A stretch of DNA of 58,924 nucleotides, the filler included, from Sphacelaria rigidula (taxonomy: Eukaryota): assembly GCA_964200075.2 (NCBI GenBank). It is 3 parts of 3 records of this genome, joined end to end, with 100 filler letters (N's around TTAATTAATTAA, not from the genome) between each part and the next. Parts side by side here need not be neighbours in the genome. Positions count along the whole stretch, not along the records: positions 1 to 19,580 come from CAXNAA020000643.1; positions 19,681 to 39,259 come from CAXNAA020000644.1; 1 more part is not named here. The stretch is one strand, 5' to 3'. A program made the translations under genes and the position numbers. Under the pieces are notes generated by a model, which was not told the origin of the DNA, made no database searches, and saw only the letters and a program-made list of their open reading frames with translations. Positions 11,306 to 25,500 of the stretch are shown here, piece after piece. The stretch's first letter is position 1; each line of letters starts with the position of its first letter.

Positions 11306-14300
11306 CGGAAGCATTTTTATTGCTTTCGGTGTCCGATTCACCGGCTCTAGCTGCTGGGGACTGATGGTCCCGCTGCGACCTCATAATTTTAGGGTCCGCC
11401 GCAAACTTGATATGCTCGGGTATTACCGCACTGAAGGGAAAAAAAATAGGTTATCAGGGTTTCCTTTCGGAGTGCCCCACAGGCTTACCAGGCACGTAGG
11501 TCTAGTCCGGGATCCGGTTCGGGAACCCTCCCCTCTCGTACGCCCCCCCGCCTCTCGTCCCAGGGTCCAGACGCCTCACTATTTCAAGCGCTGACAGAGA
11601 AGAAAAGATGGGAAAAGAAAAAAGCAACAATAACCATTTTTACAGCGGAAGGCCACAGAAGGATCCACCGACATACGTCATGCTCTCAACAAATATGTCG
11701 CCCAGGAGTAGCGGGATTAGTTTGATCCGATGGGGGAACGCACCGGGTTAAGTATGTCCAACTTTGTGCACAGAGAAAAAGCAGCACCGCGGCCTCTGAA
11801 TTTCATACAACAAACATCAGCACTACCTGTATATTTTTTACGTATGCAGTCCCATGGCACTGGGGCACACTTTCATACCGGTGACGCAGCGCACCGGAGT
11901 ATTGTTGTGCTGCAGTCCGGAGGTCGTACCCGCTCAACACTTAGCAAGCGTGCTACCCCACATCACAGGAACAAAGCAATATGGCCGAGCACACAGACAT
12001 CCCCTCACCACACGTGGAAGAATTGAGATGCGATACTTACGCGATTCACTGGCAGTTGGAACTCGCGCGGGTCTGAAAAACACGCCTCGGGCTGAATAAA
12101 TAGTGCTGCGTGGAAGGTGCGATCAGTCAACTATATGTCGCTCACAAAACAGCACCTCGAAATCGGCACTTCATCTCCAGTACCAAAAGGGTGAAACCTC
12201 ACACCATCATTTATGGCAAATATAAATCTGATTGCATCAGCCTGGCAATTCTTGCCTCCGGATTAAGTCCCTGGTCCGTTGGGCAAATCTTTCTTTTCAA
12301 AGGTTGTGTGCTGTAGGGTATACGGGCTGAAGTGCGGATATTTACAGAAGCAGGAAGGAAGTATTTTGTCGGGAAATACCCTTCCGACCCACACCGGATT
12401 GTTTGAAACAAGACCCGATACCCTGCCGGACCATACCGTAATGCTTGGTTTACCATTCGGTACGGTTCCAGCATGCCAACAAAAAATCCCCCACTTTCGA
12501 GGACATTCTACACAAGACAACCTTGAAATATTTTGAGGCTAGCTGTGAGACAATCGATTCTCTGGATGTCATTTATATGTACATATATATATATATATTT
12601 CAACGCATGGCTCTAAAATCAAGACAATTTCTACGAGTAGTTATCGTACGTGTATTCGAGGGACAGGGTTGTGCCGTATGTCTCTTTGTTGTAAATATAC
12701 TCAATGCGACTTGTTCCAATTTCATCAGGAACGTGAGATATACGTCCACAGTATCGGACACATTATCTGGTTTTCTCGTGGGGAGCCGAAAAACATAGCT
12801 TGTTAGATGGGCCGAAAAAAAAAATTAAGGCCTGAAATTGCCTTGAAGAAGATCAAATCTTAAATCCCCGAATTTGCACAACACAGATGGGGAGCCACAA
12901 AAAATTAGCTCAACTACGGAAGAACGCGGTACGCAGTCGACGTGATCCTGCTCGTGTTGAGGGTCGGGGTTAAACCCCTATTACAGTAGAGCAAATAACA
13001 AAGACTACACATGGACAAATTGGATCTTGATCCATAGCTGTTGAAATTATTTCACCGACTAGATGGGAGATGATTCGTGCAAACATCCAGTAACAAATCA
13101 ATACGCGGCATTTGCAGCCCCCGTCAACACAAGACAGAACCGGTCGTACCGTTGTTACAGTGTACAATACGACATTGTTGTTGTCCACTACTGTGCCCAC
13201 CCATCGCACATGTGCTACAACAGTACCGTAAAATCGTGCAGCGGACTTCACCCCTGCCTACTGGTGATCGGTTCTTTTTGGAAATCTTGATGCTCCGAAC
13301 AGAGAGGACCCCAGACTGACAAGTGATCTCGTGTGTATGCGACTCTCGTCGATAAATTATGGAGATATCATTTTGGATTCAGCGCCATCCTCGGGTGAAG
13401 AATTGCACCGTGAAATGCCCGGAGGAAATCAGCTGCAAACCATTTTCATTTTACCAGGGGGGGGAGGGGGGGGGGGTTCTCCCCTACGATCTCCGGTACA
13501 GCACTACTATTGTTGCCTGCACAGCCTGTAATCTCCACGACGATGCGGTGGCGCAACAACTACCGCGCCCGACCTGCACGAGGTGCTGTCGTAGCATGCA
13601 CATCTTCTAGAGATGTAAATTTTTTGCCCCCGACTGATCGGCGAGCTCAGTATAGTCAATACAGCGAAGTATGTGAGGCCTTGAAATAGAGAAAGGATAC
13701 GAGTACAGCTCAAGGTATTGCAGATTCGTTTGCTCTACTTTGCGTGACGGCAATGACACCGCCCATCGTACACGATTTGATCTGCGCCGTAGTTCGAAAG
13801 CTGCACCGCACAACACTGTACTGTGCGGGGTCAGTCTCGTGCGTCGACATATGTGTTGAGCTCGGGGTCCGTATTATGCTGATGCCACACCACCTGCACC
13901 TTCATCTTCACATCGAAGAAAATATGTGCATATTTCTTGGTACGCACGAGAAAAGAGCAAACGTGGGTAACCCGCAAGGGTGATCTGATACAAAGGCGGC
14001 CTCAACAGGCAACTTTGGTGCGATCCGCAATCCGCAACACAGCTAACAACAACGACGACGACGACGACTTATCGACACGGGCTTCATCCAGTGACTCGCG
14101 ACTGCGGTCCTCGTAGCTAGAGCATCTGTCCGCGTTGTGTGTTCGTGATCACTTGCACTGACTGCACTCCAAAACTCGTACCATGAGGCCTGTAGTGTTG
14201 ACCAAGTTACCACCATGTCCTGTTCCTCGAACCTTCCATTTTCACCAAGGGGCGATGCAAGGTGAAGGAACCTGATTTACTTCACCTCACAAACACAACG

Positions 14301-15652
14301 ACACAAAGACACGGCTTCGTTGTGCGGGCACACCCCAGCTATCTGTGTTTTGCAGAAACTTCTACGGGTTTAGTCTGAGTGAGGTCACTGAAGCTCGTAT
14401 ACTGCACAAGACCGCCTGTATATTGTCACACAGAGGAAAGTGTGCGACAGAGCAAAAGGCCTGGATCTCTTTCTGAAGGGTGGGAAAACAGCACCCCCAC
14501 GAGAAATTTAGTACTCTCGTTGAGCGTTGGTAGCTCCCGCGGAAACTGCGGGGCTGTAACCATCTGAGTAATGAGGACTTTTTATGTAAAACCGCAACCC
14601 GACAGACGGCCGACCTTCGAATGTACTCTCTCAACAGCTGTACAGTCTGTAGTTTAGTGCTGTACTGGTGAAGGGTGCTGTACTGTACTTCACTGTCTGT
14701 AGATACACCAGTTTCGTATTACAACAGCGACAACAGTACAGACTGGTGCCGTATCAGGATGGACAGATTGACCTGTGCCGTCAGCGGATTTCACCTCAAG
14801 CGATTCAGCCTCGGTTGAGACATACCAGGATACACACTTAGATGATGACGGTCTCACGCGAAATCTTTACTGCATCGTGTGTGGTACCCCGAAAAGCGAA
14901 AGACGTGCACTCCCCGAACAAATCGCAACACCCGCGCAATCCAAAATAGGTACAGTCGTGTTTACGATACTCTAAATAACACCCCCTGCCCAAGCAACCT
15001 CTGACGGAAGTTTTCCGCTCCAAATTTCTCGAAAACCATGATGCTCGTGACGCCAGAACTTTCATCGTTAGAACGTTATCGTTAAGACCTGTCTGCCGCA
15101 CTCAGATGATCTTCGAAGCATATAGAAATCCTCGAGTAAGGAGATGATAATGGCCGAGAGACAGTACCCAGTTGCTGCCAACGCCCGTCAAAAAGCTAAC
15201 GGCAGCTGTGGGGACAGCCCTCATCTCTGAAAACGACAGTTTACTGACAGGTACAGAACAACCGCGCCGAACTTGGAGCCATCACGAGCAATCGATAGAC
15301 ACCCTGGAACGAACCGTAGGACAGTAGACTAGGAGAGAAAAGGAGAGAGAGAACGAGCGCTATCCAGAATAGTAGGGCACCGCCAATCTCTTTGCTGCAG
15401 CACCTACTGAACAGACCATGGTTTTCAAATTGAAAGCAAGTGAGCAGCTAGCTCTACCCTACGAATACACACTTGCCCTCTCACCCGCGCAAATCGCTGG
15501 GAAGCAGGTTCGAAAATCAAAACTGGTTGTGAGGGAACCACGAAGACAACGACGACGACAACATCAATAATACCACCACCAACACCAACAGTAGCACGAG
15601 TAGGGGAGATTATTTGTTTTGGTTCTTCAATAAGCTAATAATAATAGCTCAC

Positions 15653-16673
15653 CTGACTTTCTCGATCTCCCTGGCTGCAACCACCGCTGCCTTCAAGAGG
15701 CTCTGCCTTACGCTTGAACACACAGAGCTAGCTCCTAAATTATGACAAAAATATCGGTGTTGTCCAGAGAGGCGTGTTTTATTCGGGGATAGGGTTCAAA
15801 GAATCCCGAGGTGCGTCTTCCCCCAATTCACCTTGAATTAAAAGCTCGCCAGGTGCAGGGCGCTCGTGTTTAGGTGGGTACAGCGCAGAGGAGGTTTCTG
15901 TGCCGACTGCTGGCCAACCCGCCTGAATGTGTGATTGTGTTGTGTACCTGTAGTGCACTGCTATGCCTCCCGTTGTTCCACGACCATCTGTAACTGTCTG
16001 TGCTTGCGTGCTTTCCTGCACATCTACCGTCGTCAGCTCGTGTACCTGTCAGCTGTGCCATTCCATGTAGCTCGAAAACCCATGAGAGCGGTACGCGCAT
16101 TTTGTGCTTATGGGGTACGCATGGTTAACAAAGCTGCACGATTCATCTCTTGTTGATCAGATCAAGCCAAGCAGGTATCACGGTGGTAGTTGGCAATATG
16201 GGGAACGCTGTCTGCGGCATTCCACTGATGACCAGGCGTGTCGCTTGTAGGGTATGAAGCATGGTATGCTGGCAGGCAAGACAACGCACCATCACCCATC
16301 TCAAGGATGTAGCAACATAGACTGTTCCACCGTACAGTTGTGGCCGTACAAACACTGTATGGTTTAACTTCTGCTGGACAGATATGTTTCTGTGTTGAAG
16401 GTCCCATTCCATGCCTTGCTTTTCCCCCGCAATCTCGACCCTAACGAACGAGTTTCGCCCGCAACCCTCCGTGAGAAAGTGCATTGCTGTCTCTACTGGC
16501 TCTTTTTTGTTGGTTCCAGCATTGCACAAGCCCTGGAGATTGATCACTGTGTCTACTCCTTTTCTATCTGTCAGTGCCTTCGTCGAAGCATCAGTGTCGC
16601 TCATGTTCCCAATTGCTTGTGTTTCATATTTTCGCTCGCCGTGGTACCTCAGGTCACATGCTGACTTGTCCAC
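15653..16673 (-). CDS. Possible exons of an uncharacterised gene
   Basis: A 176-aa ORF (16673-16143) has a candidate donor near 16349. Two smaller AG...GT-bounded segments (~15922-15832, ~15734-15653) join in phase: ...NHTVF|AGWPAV...LIQG|ASSVCSSVRQSLLKAAVVAAREIEKV. No homology recognised. Confidence 0.3.
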
Positions 16674-17039
16674 GCACTGTACTCACCATAAGATGGACTC
16701 AGAGTTTCACAACAGTAGCAAGGAAAGAGGGTCATGGGTGACTGAGGCGGGTCGCATGCGGCGCGGTCCACCTCTTCCTGGAGCCATCGCGTGTCATGAA
16801 CTCTCGGTAACGAGAATCTAGCTAATGCAGGTGTAGCCACCAAGAGCACCTCTATGTCAAGTAAGTGAGATACTGGGGCCCAAGATTTCGTCTTTCTGAC
16901 TCAAAATTCTCTCCAGCAATTAGATGTTTTTCGTAATACCATATCATACTGAACGTCATGGACAGTTGAAGAGATTAGCATGGCCGGATTGTGGTTCAAG
17001 GCCGTTGCGATGGTGTCAAGGTCTGTGAAGATGCCTCGG

Positions 17040-17290
17040 CCAATCAGCGGCCTTGAAATTGTTCTGGAATCCATAGTACGAGTTCCCAACAAAATTTCCA
17101 TCCAATCCCCACTTGCTTCAAATCGCAGTAACCGCCATCAGGTCGGAAATCTGACGGGAAAGACATATTCGAAAATGATTACTCTGGGATCGAACTATAG
17201 CCATCCGTGGTATTTCGGTGATGTGAGGTTTTGGCGTCGTCAGATCTCTACTAATGATGCGCACCGAAGACCCAGTAAGCCTTCTCCGCA
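17040..17290 (+). repeat. Copy of dispersed repeat family A
   Basis: Colinear similarity with 29565-29810, 53935-54185 and the reverse copy at 1560-1800. Confidence 0.7.
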
Positions 17291-19580
17291 AGGTTTCTCT
17301 CGTGTATGTTGTGAAAAAGCTCTGTCCGCCCTCGAATTTGGCAGTTCGGTGGGTAATGGTTCTCCAGACGGAAAGAATCTATCGCTGAACAATGTTTCAA
17401 AGTTTCTCCGCTCTTTACAGGTTTCCAGACTTTTCACGCCGGGACCCTGGAAGCCGGTAAAGAACCCCTCAGAAGTTTTTTTCTCTTGATGCCTTCCGCG
17501 GTAGTTCAAGAAACATGCGTACAAAGTTTCGTTGCTTAACTCGAAAATCTTACGCAGATGGGGCTGTTCGTAACGCTTAACGCATCGAAAAGTCGTTTCG
17601 GTTCCAAAATGAAGTAGTTCGAAGTTTGTACCTCTCAAGCTCACTTCATTGCACCAAGGCGCAAATGCTCTAGCCGATTCCTCGAAATAGACTCTGGAAA
17701 AATGCCCACACATACTACGGGGTATGAAGAAACATTCAAACAACAGTGTTTCTTTTCTATTTCGTCTGCTATCGAGAGTCCCAGAAGGGTAGATGAAGGC
17801 ATGTGGCTCCCCAGTACCCTGGGACCCCCCATAACGGCAAAGTGAGAAATAGCAAACACGTTTTTTTCGATTTTTTTTGTGATTCCCCATAGTATATGTT
17901 TGCAATTTTCTAGGATCAAACTCAATGAATCGGCGGGAACATTAGCATATGAAGCAGTTTGGGACACAAGCGTGAACCAGCCTATAGGAACATTTTCAGA
18001 CAACTATACTCGTCCGGAGCCGAGGTCCGCTGTCGGGGAACAGGGTCATAACGATCTGAGTGTTTTCACCGGGAAAATGAAACCGACGACATGAAAATTG
18101 GAGCTCATTTGTAGGACGGACACAAGCGTCGATATCAAAAACTCATGTAATGCCATGAGAAACGAAACTTGTCATGCGGGTTTGAACTTCGGCCGGAAAA
18201 AGCGCTGTGTCGTGCCAGATCGGGTCGGGTCTGGACTGAGGAAGATGCTGCCCTGAGCGTGAGTTCATCCTGAGGGCAGGCTTTCCCTGGGCTACTCCGC
18301 GAGAGACCGTGTCCGACCCGCAAAATGATCCTCTGCATACACGACATCGGAAAACTACGTTTGCCGCAATGCCCCCGAATAGTGTTAACTTGTAGTGTAA
18401 GCCCGCATGTCCCCCCCCCCCCCCTCCCCCCACACGACAAGGGTTGACTACGACAGTATTGATACGAATCAGGGTTCACATCACCCCCATCCCCCATCCT
18501 AGGGGAGCATACATCTGCCTCGGTTACTCACGGAATCGGCGATTAGTTCCGAGAGGTAGCCTCGCGCCTGTTTACACGCTCAGAAGACTTTCGGAACGGA
18601 AAGTAAATGAAGCGTGCTCCTCCATGAACGGACGTCCGAGTCCACTGCAGTGTCGTTTTGACCTGTGTGCCAAGGACGCTCCTCTTGGGAGAAGGCGTGA
18701 TGGGTGGAAGCCATGGGGTACTGCTATTAGCACATCACTCAATGCACCAGGGGTACTTGCACCTGTGCTGTATACCACAAAGAACAGCCAAGCACCCGCC
18801 CTATCCTTGCCGCATCTATGAATTGTGATGCTGTATGCGAGGACATCACGGAGGATATCACCGGTGTCGAGAATAACTCTGCCTGGCTCCAGAAGCGACC
18901 CCTCCGTATTAGGCAGAACACGTGCAAGACTGGAGCCCGAACTTGTTCCCAATCCACCACCGCGAGAAACTTACTGATTTGGGGGGGTTTCACGGGATAA
19001 CTCGTGTGTGCAGCGCTAGGATTCCAATGTCGAACCCTAGCCCGGATAACCCTACGTGTTCATCCAAAGTTGTTGAAAATAGCATGAAAAAAAACTGTGA
19101 CATTGCCACTTATTCGACGCCAAGATTTTGAGTATGACAAACCTTCACCTCTGTCATATTTCACGGACCAAACGCACCATTAGATCCATAAGTAAAAGAA
19201 GAAGCCATCGTCGCAAAATATTCGGGGGGAGGGGGGGATGTAGTCGAAATACGAATATTCAGAGACGTCAAGGGGCCGTTCCAGCTTCAGACTTCCGGCA
19301 CCCCTACCCCCCTTGCCCACCCCCCCGGTCGCCCTCAGAGGCCTTTGAGAGTGAAAGAAAATCCTGGCCGAAACATGTTTCTTGGTGTTTCGTACCAGAA
19401 TAAGTTATGTTGAAAAGCGCCCTCACCACCAACAGATCGCCTGTGCGTAAGCAGCTAAGAACCTAGGAGTTTTCGTGTCTATCCATCTTGGTTGGGCCAG
19501 CGGTGTACTCATGATCATGCATGCCGTAGTCGTAAGACCATTGACCTCGCATCCCTACAAAGCGGGGACGGAGCACAGAT

Positions 19581-19680
19581 NNNNNNNNNNNNNNNNNNNN
19601 NNNNNNNNNNNNNNNNNNNNNNNNTTAATTAATTAANNNNNNNNNNNNNNNNNNNNNNNNNNNNNNNNNNNNNNNNNNNN
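19581..19680. other. Artificial contig-joining spacer (44 N + TTAATTAATTAA + 44 N)
   Basis: Exactly 100 bp. The central palindromic 12-mer at 19625-19636 gives stop codons in all six frames. Confidence 0.97.
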
Positions 19681-20158
19681 CAACCGTTGCTGCTTTCGAC
19701 CACGATCTGACTCGAAATTTCGAGCAACAAATGGCTCAAAATACCCCCCCCCCCCTATCGTAGGATGACTCAGACGCCAATTCAACAAATTGCCAACGCT
19801 TGCGGTTAAAGAGTGAAGGCGCAAATTTTCGAGTTCAAATACAGGATCGACACATGAGGTCCTTTGGAGAAGACTCTGAATACGATAGTATGTGGAGGAC
19901 AGAAAACAGTCGACGCAATGCGGGAGTGCAGATGCAAAACCCGAATGCGGGGCAGATGCTGTAGAGAAATGGGTTGGTATCTGGAAATTACAGACTGGTC
20001 CGGGAGGAGGGTCGGAGTATGAGGAGAGATCAAGAAAACAAATCCCACCGGAACACGAAAAACACGCGGACGTTCCGAATCGTTAGTCCATCGTGAGTAC
20101 ACGTGTAATTTTTCACCGGGTCTCTCCCTTTCTACTCTCGGGCGTTTTCCTACCTCAG

Positions 20159-21546
20159 AGCCGAGTAATGACTGCTTTGAGCGCCAAAGACCTCACGGAA
20201 AAGACTTTGGCGGCGGGACTCAGCGCTGCGGTCGACCAGCACGACGCAGAGGCGGTCAAGGAGGAGAGCAGCACGGTGGGACGGGGAAATCACGATCGAC
20301 AGGTGACCGTTTCAAGGTGGTCTTTTATTTGTTTTTTGTTGAATATTGCGGTTTATTCGTAAAAAAGCAAAAAAAACGTCAAGACCGGAGTCCGACAGAA
20401 GAGAAGAGAATGTTTCAATGAGGGATATCCTAAGAAGTGAAATGGAATACCATAATGGCGAAAGCGATTATCTGGCAAGAGTCGAAGCTCAGAACCATAA
20501 CGTGGCAGTTCGCCCGTTGGTAAAAATGCTCAAAATAGTCAATGACTCATTATTTTAGTACACATTACGTCGCTGTACCCTGGCTGGCAATACATCCCGC
20601 GTCCTGCTCATGTTTTCCCTACATCCCCTACCCTCCTCTGTTCGTCTGTGCTACTACTACCCTTACCCATATTCCCCCATGTACGAATGTTCCACATGAT
20701 TTCACCCTACTATCCTCGCTCGACTCCCGGGTATGTATGTATTACAAGTACAGAATGAAAAAAAACGACGCACAGAGAACAGACACTAGTGTTGACACTC
20801 GTATATCGCAACGTCTGCGTACCCTGTGCTAAATATGCGTAGGGCGCCTGTGCCCCTCGCGCGCCAAAAACATTTGCTTCACTCGACACGGCCACTAGCA
20901 CGGCCCCGTCCATCATCTAATGCTACACACGTAGCACCTATACCGTAGAATCCAAAATACATTTGCTACTTTGAAGCATACAATTACAACAGATAATGCG
21001 TAAACCGAGAATAACAAAAGCCGAGTCATGTATGCCAGCACAGGTAACGAAGCAAAGGCACCAGCTCGCCGAATGCACTTGCAACTATCTTACGTCGATG
21101 TAATCAACCAACTGGGTCTCCAACCCTCGTATACCTTCCAGACCCCGATTGTGACCACGATATTACTCATATGCCTCACTACACTTCATCGAGACCCCTT
21201 TAAAACAGTTGCTATCGCAACCAGAAAGATGACATGAAACCTCGGGGGAAAAATGCACGGATATGGTCATGACTGAACTGTATTCGATAAGTGTGGGTAT
21301 AACCATCACGCGCCAACTATTATTGCACCTTGGGGCCCACGAGTAATCCTGCAATGAAGAAAGACTACGAAGTCACTGACTGCACTTCGTTCTTTCCCTC
21401 TTCTCTCTTCTTGGCAGGATATCATAATTGCCGCTTTACCCCAGCGGCTACCGGAAGGACAAGGCACTGGGAACCTGTTCGCGCCAACGTTGTTCCATTC
21501 CTGCTCTACATTTTCCTTGCGTCTTCTACGCGCTGCACTACACTAG
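20159..21546 (+). CDS. Probable 3' exons of an uncharacterised gene, 5' part missing at the contig start
   Basis: Exon 20159-20302 has a polypyrimidine tract plus CAG, 48 codons (SRVMTALSAKDLTEKTLAAG...HDRQ) and a GT donor. A candidate terminal exon 21418-21546 has a strong pyrimidine tract and reads DIIIAALPQ...LH*. The junction is phase 0. Confidence 0.4.
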
Positions 21547-22556
21547 TTTCGGAAATACAACAATGGACTTTTCGACAAAAATGAAAGAGATCAGATTCCA
21601 GCAAAGACGAAGCTGGTACCCCCAAACATGCGCCTGGCAACCAAGGAACGGAGAAGGCATCTAACCGAGAAGAAAGGCATTGGCAACCGACAAGATGGAT
21701 GGCTTCGAGAGGTCAACTCATCCGAAAGCTTGCCAAGTATCCGCATCTCACGAAGTACTCGAATCCGTTGCATTATTGGCAATACAACATATCAATCAAG
21801 CGAGTGATGAACCACGGCCACCCCGGTGTTTCAAGATAAAAATATGGACTCTCATGCTTCTCATGACTACACGTAAAACCGGGCGATGATGAATTGGAGT
21901 ATCGCGAGGACCCAAGTTGGTTCGCAGGATCCGGCATCTGAGCTGTCTCGTCCTTGTGTGATAACCCCTCACACAGATGAGTCGCATCCCGACTGCTCCA
22001 ACGGAAACACACAACGCGAGCATCAATACGAGCGTAGCACTTGTTAGTGATGGAGTGATTGCTGTACTCAAACAGATCCGCTGAGGATCGAGCCGTAGTC
22101 ATGATGAGGTGGACGTGGAGAATAGGAGTGATCGGAAACTTCAGAAAATGGGGGCGAGACGGGGGGAGTCAAGAAAGTTTAAAATAAAGTAACCAGGAGA
22201 GATGTCAGCCTCAAGGACTAGTGACAGCTCCACAAAAAGGTCCATACGGTCCCTAGCCACATTTCAGAATAAATACCGTGCAAGAAACCAAGTTACCTTC
22301 ACACTGGACAGCAGCCAAGGGGGGTATTGTATAGAACGTCCTACCCTCCTGCCCGCGACCTTTGGGATGTGAAAGGAGCTTGTGTTCTTCATCCAACACC
22401 AGAAAGTTTTGTGCAGGAGACCGAGCACTCGGCGGGACCCTATCTTGCTTACAAAAGTTTCTTGACACACCAGTCAAGCACAACATGGGTGAGGTTCAAG
22501 GGTAAACATTAGCTTGGCTTGCATAATCCGTAGCCAGGATGCTTCTCTTACTATTT

Positions 22557-25500
22557 TTAATGACAGTACTCATGGGCTGTAGAGAAAAATATCCGTGAGC
22601 ACCCCCGCGGCAGCTGGAAAGATAATGACTAGAGAGAGTACGAAATGAAGCAACAGGGAATAAATGACAAAAAACAAGCGTTACAAGCCAAGGAGACCAG
22701 GCAATTTAGTGCTCGCTGAACATTTCAAAACAATCACACTTGATCTGTTCCAACACAACCGCGGGCAAAAATTCAAGTCGAAATATGCGGCATCACTCTG
22801 CAGCAATTGCGCACACTTAACCCGTAGACCGCGAGGTTAGTCTTCTGTTGAATCGGCATCAATTTTAAGTGAAAAAAGGTATGCCTGATCCAGAAAGACT
22901 AGTCTCGCGGTCTAAGGGTTAGACGACATCAGTCACGAAGGCATGGCATTTTTTTCAAGATCGACCTAATGCACTTTTCTCCGGCGACATCATTTGCAAG
23001 AAAGTAGCAACCAGCAACGCACCAGAGCCACTCCGAACGCTGCCAATGGACTGAAAGGACCCGTGAAGTCCAGCGCGAATACGTTGTCCTCCTTCGAACG
23101 GCCGAACTGCATGATGAATTGCCCCCGGCTGTTGTGCAACATGAAATTTTTTACCGATTGCTTCTTGATCCGGTCTTTGTAAAACTCCAACACGAAGTAA
23201 CCCGCCTGCATGAACCGAAATCAAAATCGCGTAGGAGGGGGGGGGGGGGGGGGGGGGAGGGGGGGAAAAAAGGGGGGGGCCAAACCCAAAAAAAGGGAAA
23301 GCACAAAAAAAAAAACCCGGGGGGGGAAAANNNNNNNNNNGGGGGGGGGGGGGGGGGCGGGGGAAGCGAGGACTACAGATGGGTGGCCAATCCTGACAAA
23401 TGGACAGCATCGAATGAAAATCACCGAGGTGTGAACAAGCATCGACGCTCCGACGAAACGATTCGTCGTCTTCTCCTCGTGTCCTTCAGCGATAAGATAT
23501 AATGGCGACATTTTTAGCATACATCACTCTCCCCACGTCATATCACAAGTATGCCCGCCCCCCTCCAGTCGGCTGACTCTTGCGCTCCGTCATATGGTGT
23601 ACGAAAAAGCAACCGCGGTACTCCCTGTATTGCACGTGTTCCGACCTGCGTACTCGGAACAATTCGCGTGCGCGATGCATGTACATCGTACACACGCATC
23701 TTGCAGCGTTTGTGTTTGTGGCTCTGCAGTGCACGGTGGTGGATGGGAGGCGTTCCCGATCAACCCCGTTTCCAACCAAAGTCAATCTCTCCCATAAAGA
23801 TCCATTTTCATCGAAGAATTCCGGTGAAGAAGCGGTCTGTAGAAAAACGCACATCTTAGAGAACTCATCTCCGAGAGAACAGCGGTCCGAAGGACATGAT
23901 TCACCGAAAACTTACTTGGAATTGAAGACCCAGCACTTTTCACGACAGGTTCTTCTCCGCATCATGAAAAGCAACCTGATTATCCGAAAAATATCGCCTC
24001 TTGCAAACACAGTTTTCTTGCATGCGAAATTCTTTCATCATCTCCGCAAGAATAGCACAAGACCATCACCTGAGCGCCCTCAAGTTTGCATTCTTTTACG
24101 TACTTTTGTGTCGTACAAGTACAAACGCACGAGTATTTTTTACCGTACGTGCAGGTGACTCACGTCCTCGTCCCACTCAGGCTTGATGCTGTGCATGCGA
24201 GGCACTGGAGTGATGATGTTGGTGTTGTCGTTGCCGAAGCTATTCAGCAAAGAGGCGTGGTCAACCACTTCATCGTCGCTATCCGCCACAAGCACCTGCG
24301 GCGCCGAGCGATCACGGCGGACAACGATCGTGCGGAGGTAACTTGGTCATAACGGACTGGTTCCATCATGACAGCGGCGCAAACTCAATGCCACAACATT
24401 ATTAAGCTGCCGTGAGAAACTCGCCCGCACGATTGCCTCCTTTGGAAGCCCTCAGGCGCCATGTAAGCGCTCAACGTACGCGTATAGTGGCTGGACTCAC
24501 CTCAAGCTTTCGTGGGCCCTGGAAGTCGTCATGACGAGTGAGGTCAATGCTCACGGCCGCGATTTCCTTGCGCTCCGGCTTGATGGTGTACTTCTCCGGT
24601 CTGGAGCGACAGCACAAGGGATAAAGTAGCTCAGTATACTGTCGTAACTGGCGCTTCAATATTCGTGCGACTGATCACATCGATTCTACCTCCGACGGGG
24701 TGTTGCTGGCAAGCTCCAGTACCGAGACATCATCCAATGTGACGGTACAATGTACACTTGGAAAAGATATGCGATGTGATACAGAATCGGGCTGGTTATG
24801 GAAGTCTGTGTACTTCTGCGATCACCGAAGCTATCATGTGCTGGGTTTTTGCATGGTACTCCTCACAGTGTCTTGTTGGCCTTGAATCCGTTATCGTACA
24901 CGATGTACTGTCGTCGCTGCGCAACGGCTTTAACCTTCCCCAACGTACTCGGCTCTCCTCGCTTGAGATAGGCAGGGTTCATGGCGATGATGTATCGTCC
25001 CTTGTCTTTTTTGGCTGTCATGAGAAGTTTCATGGACGGCTGCGCAAAAATCAGAACGAAAACAAGCAAGACCATGTGCCAAAAGTTTCTCTCATCATTC
25101 GCTACCAGATGTGCTACGAAAGATTGACCCGGCATCTGCTCAACACGAGAACTAAAACCTTCATGGGTATAGCGGCCCGTACACTGGGTCGAGTCGGAAA
25201 GCACAAGGATGGGGATTGTAATGCGTGAAATCTGACACTACTCTAGGTACTGCACATGCGTGGCATGCCCTCACCACATGACCAACGTAGGAGGATCTAA
25301 CGGGGTTTCGGGGCACCTATGCACATGCCGGAAACTGCACCTTACTGCGTCAAGTTTCCCACATCAAGTGAAGGAACTAAAAAGGAAACGCACACTGTCG
25401 TGCAGAGGAAGGGGGCAACAACAAATGGATTACAGCAGTCGATGCAGCTGCGAATGCTCATCACGATCATGTAATCGCTCCCAATAAGGCGTTGCTCACC

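Noticed and set aside
13331-13983. Short plus-strand ORFs with splice-like signals
   Set aside because: No coherent reading frame or recognisable product could be assembled.
19625-19636. TTAATTAATTAA palindrome as a biological site
   Set aside because: It is embedded symmetrically in N runs, twice, so it is an assembly linker.
21773-22102. ORFs as the last myosin-Tubby exon
   Set aside because: No resemblance to a Tubby C-terminus. The stronger polypyrimidine acceptor near 22630 is preferred, though it is also unproven.
23231-23360. G/A homopolymer tract with a 10-N gap as a G-quadruplex or coding region
   Set aside because: It looks like low-quality sequence around a gap inside an intron.
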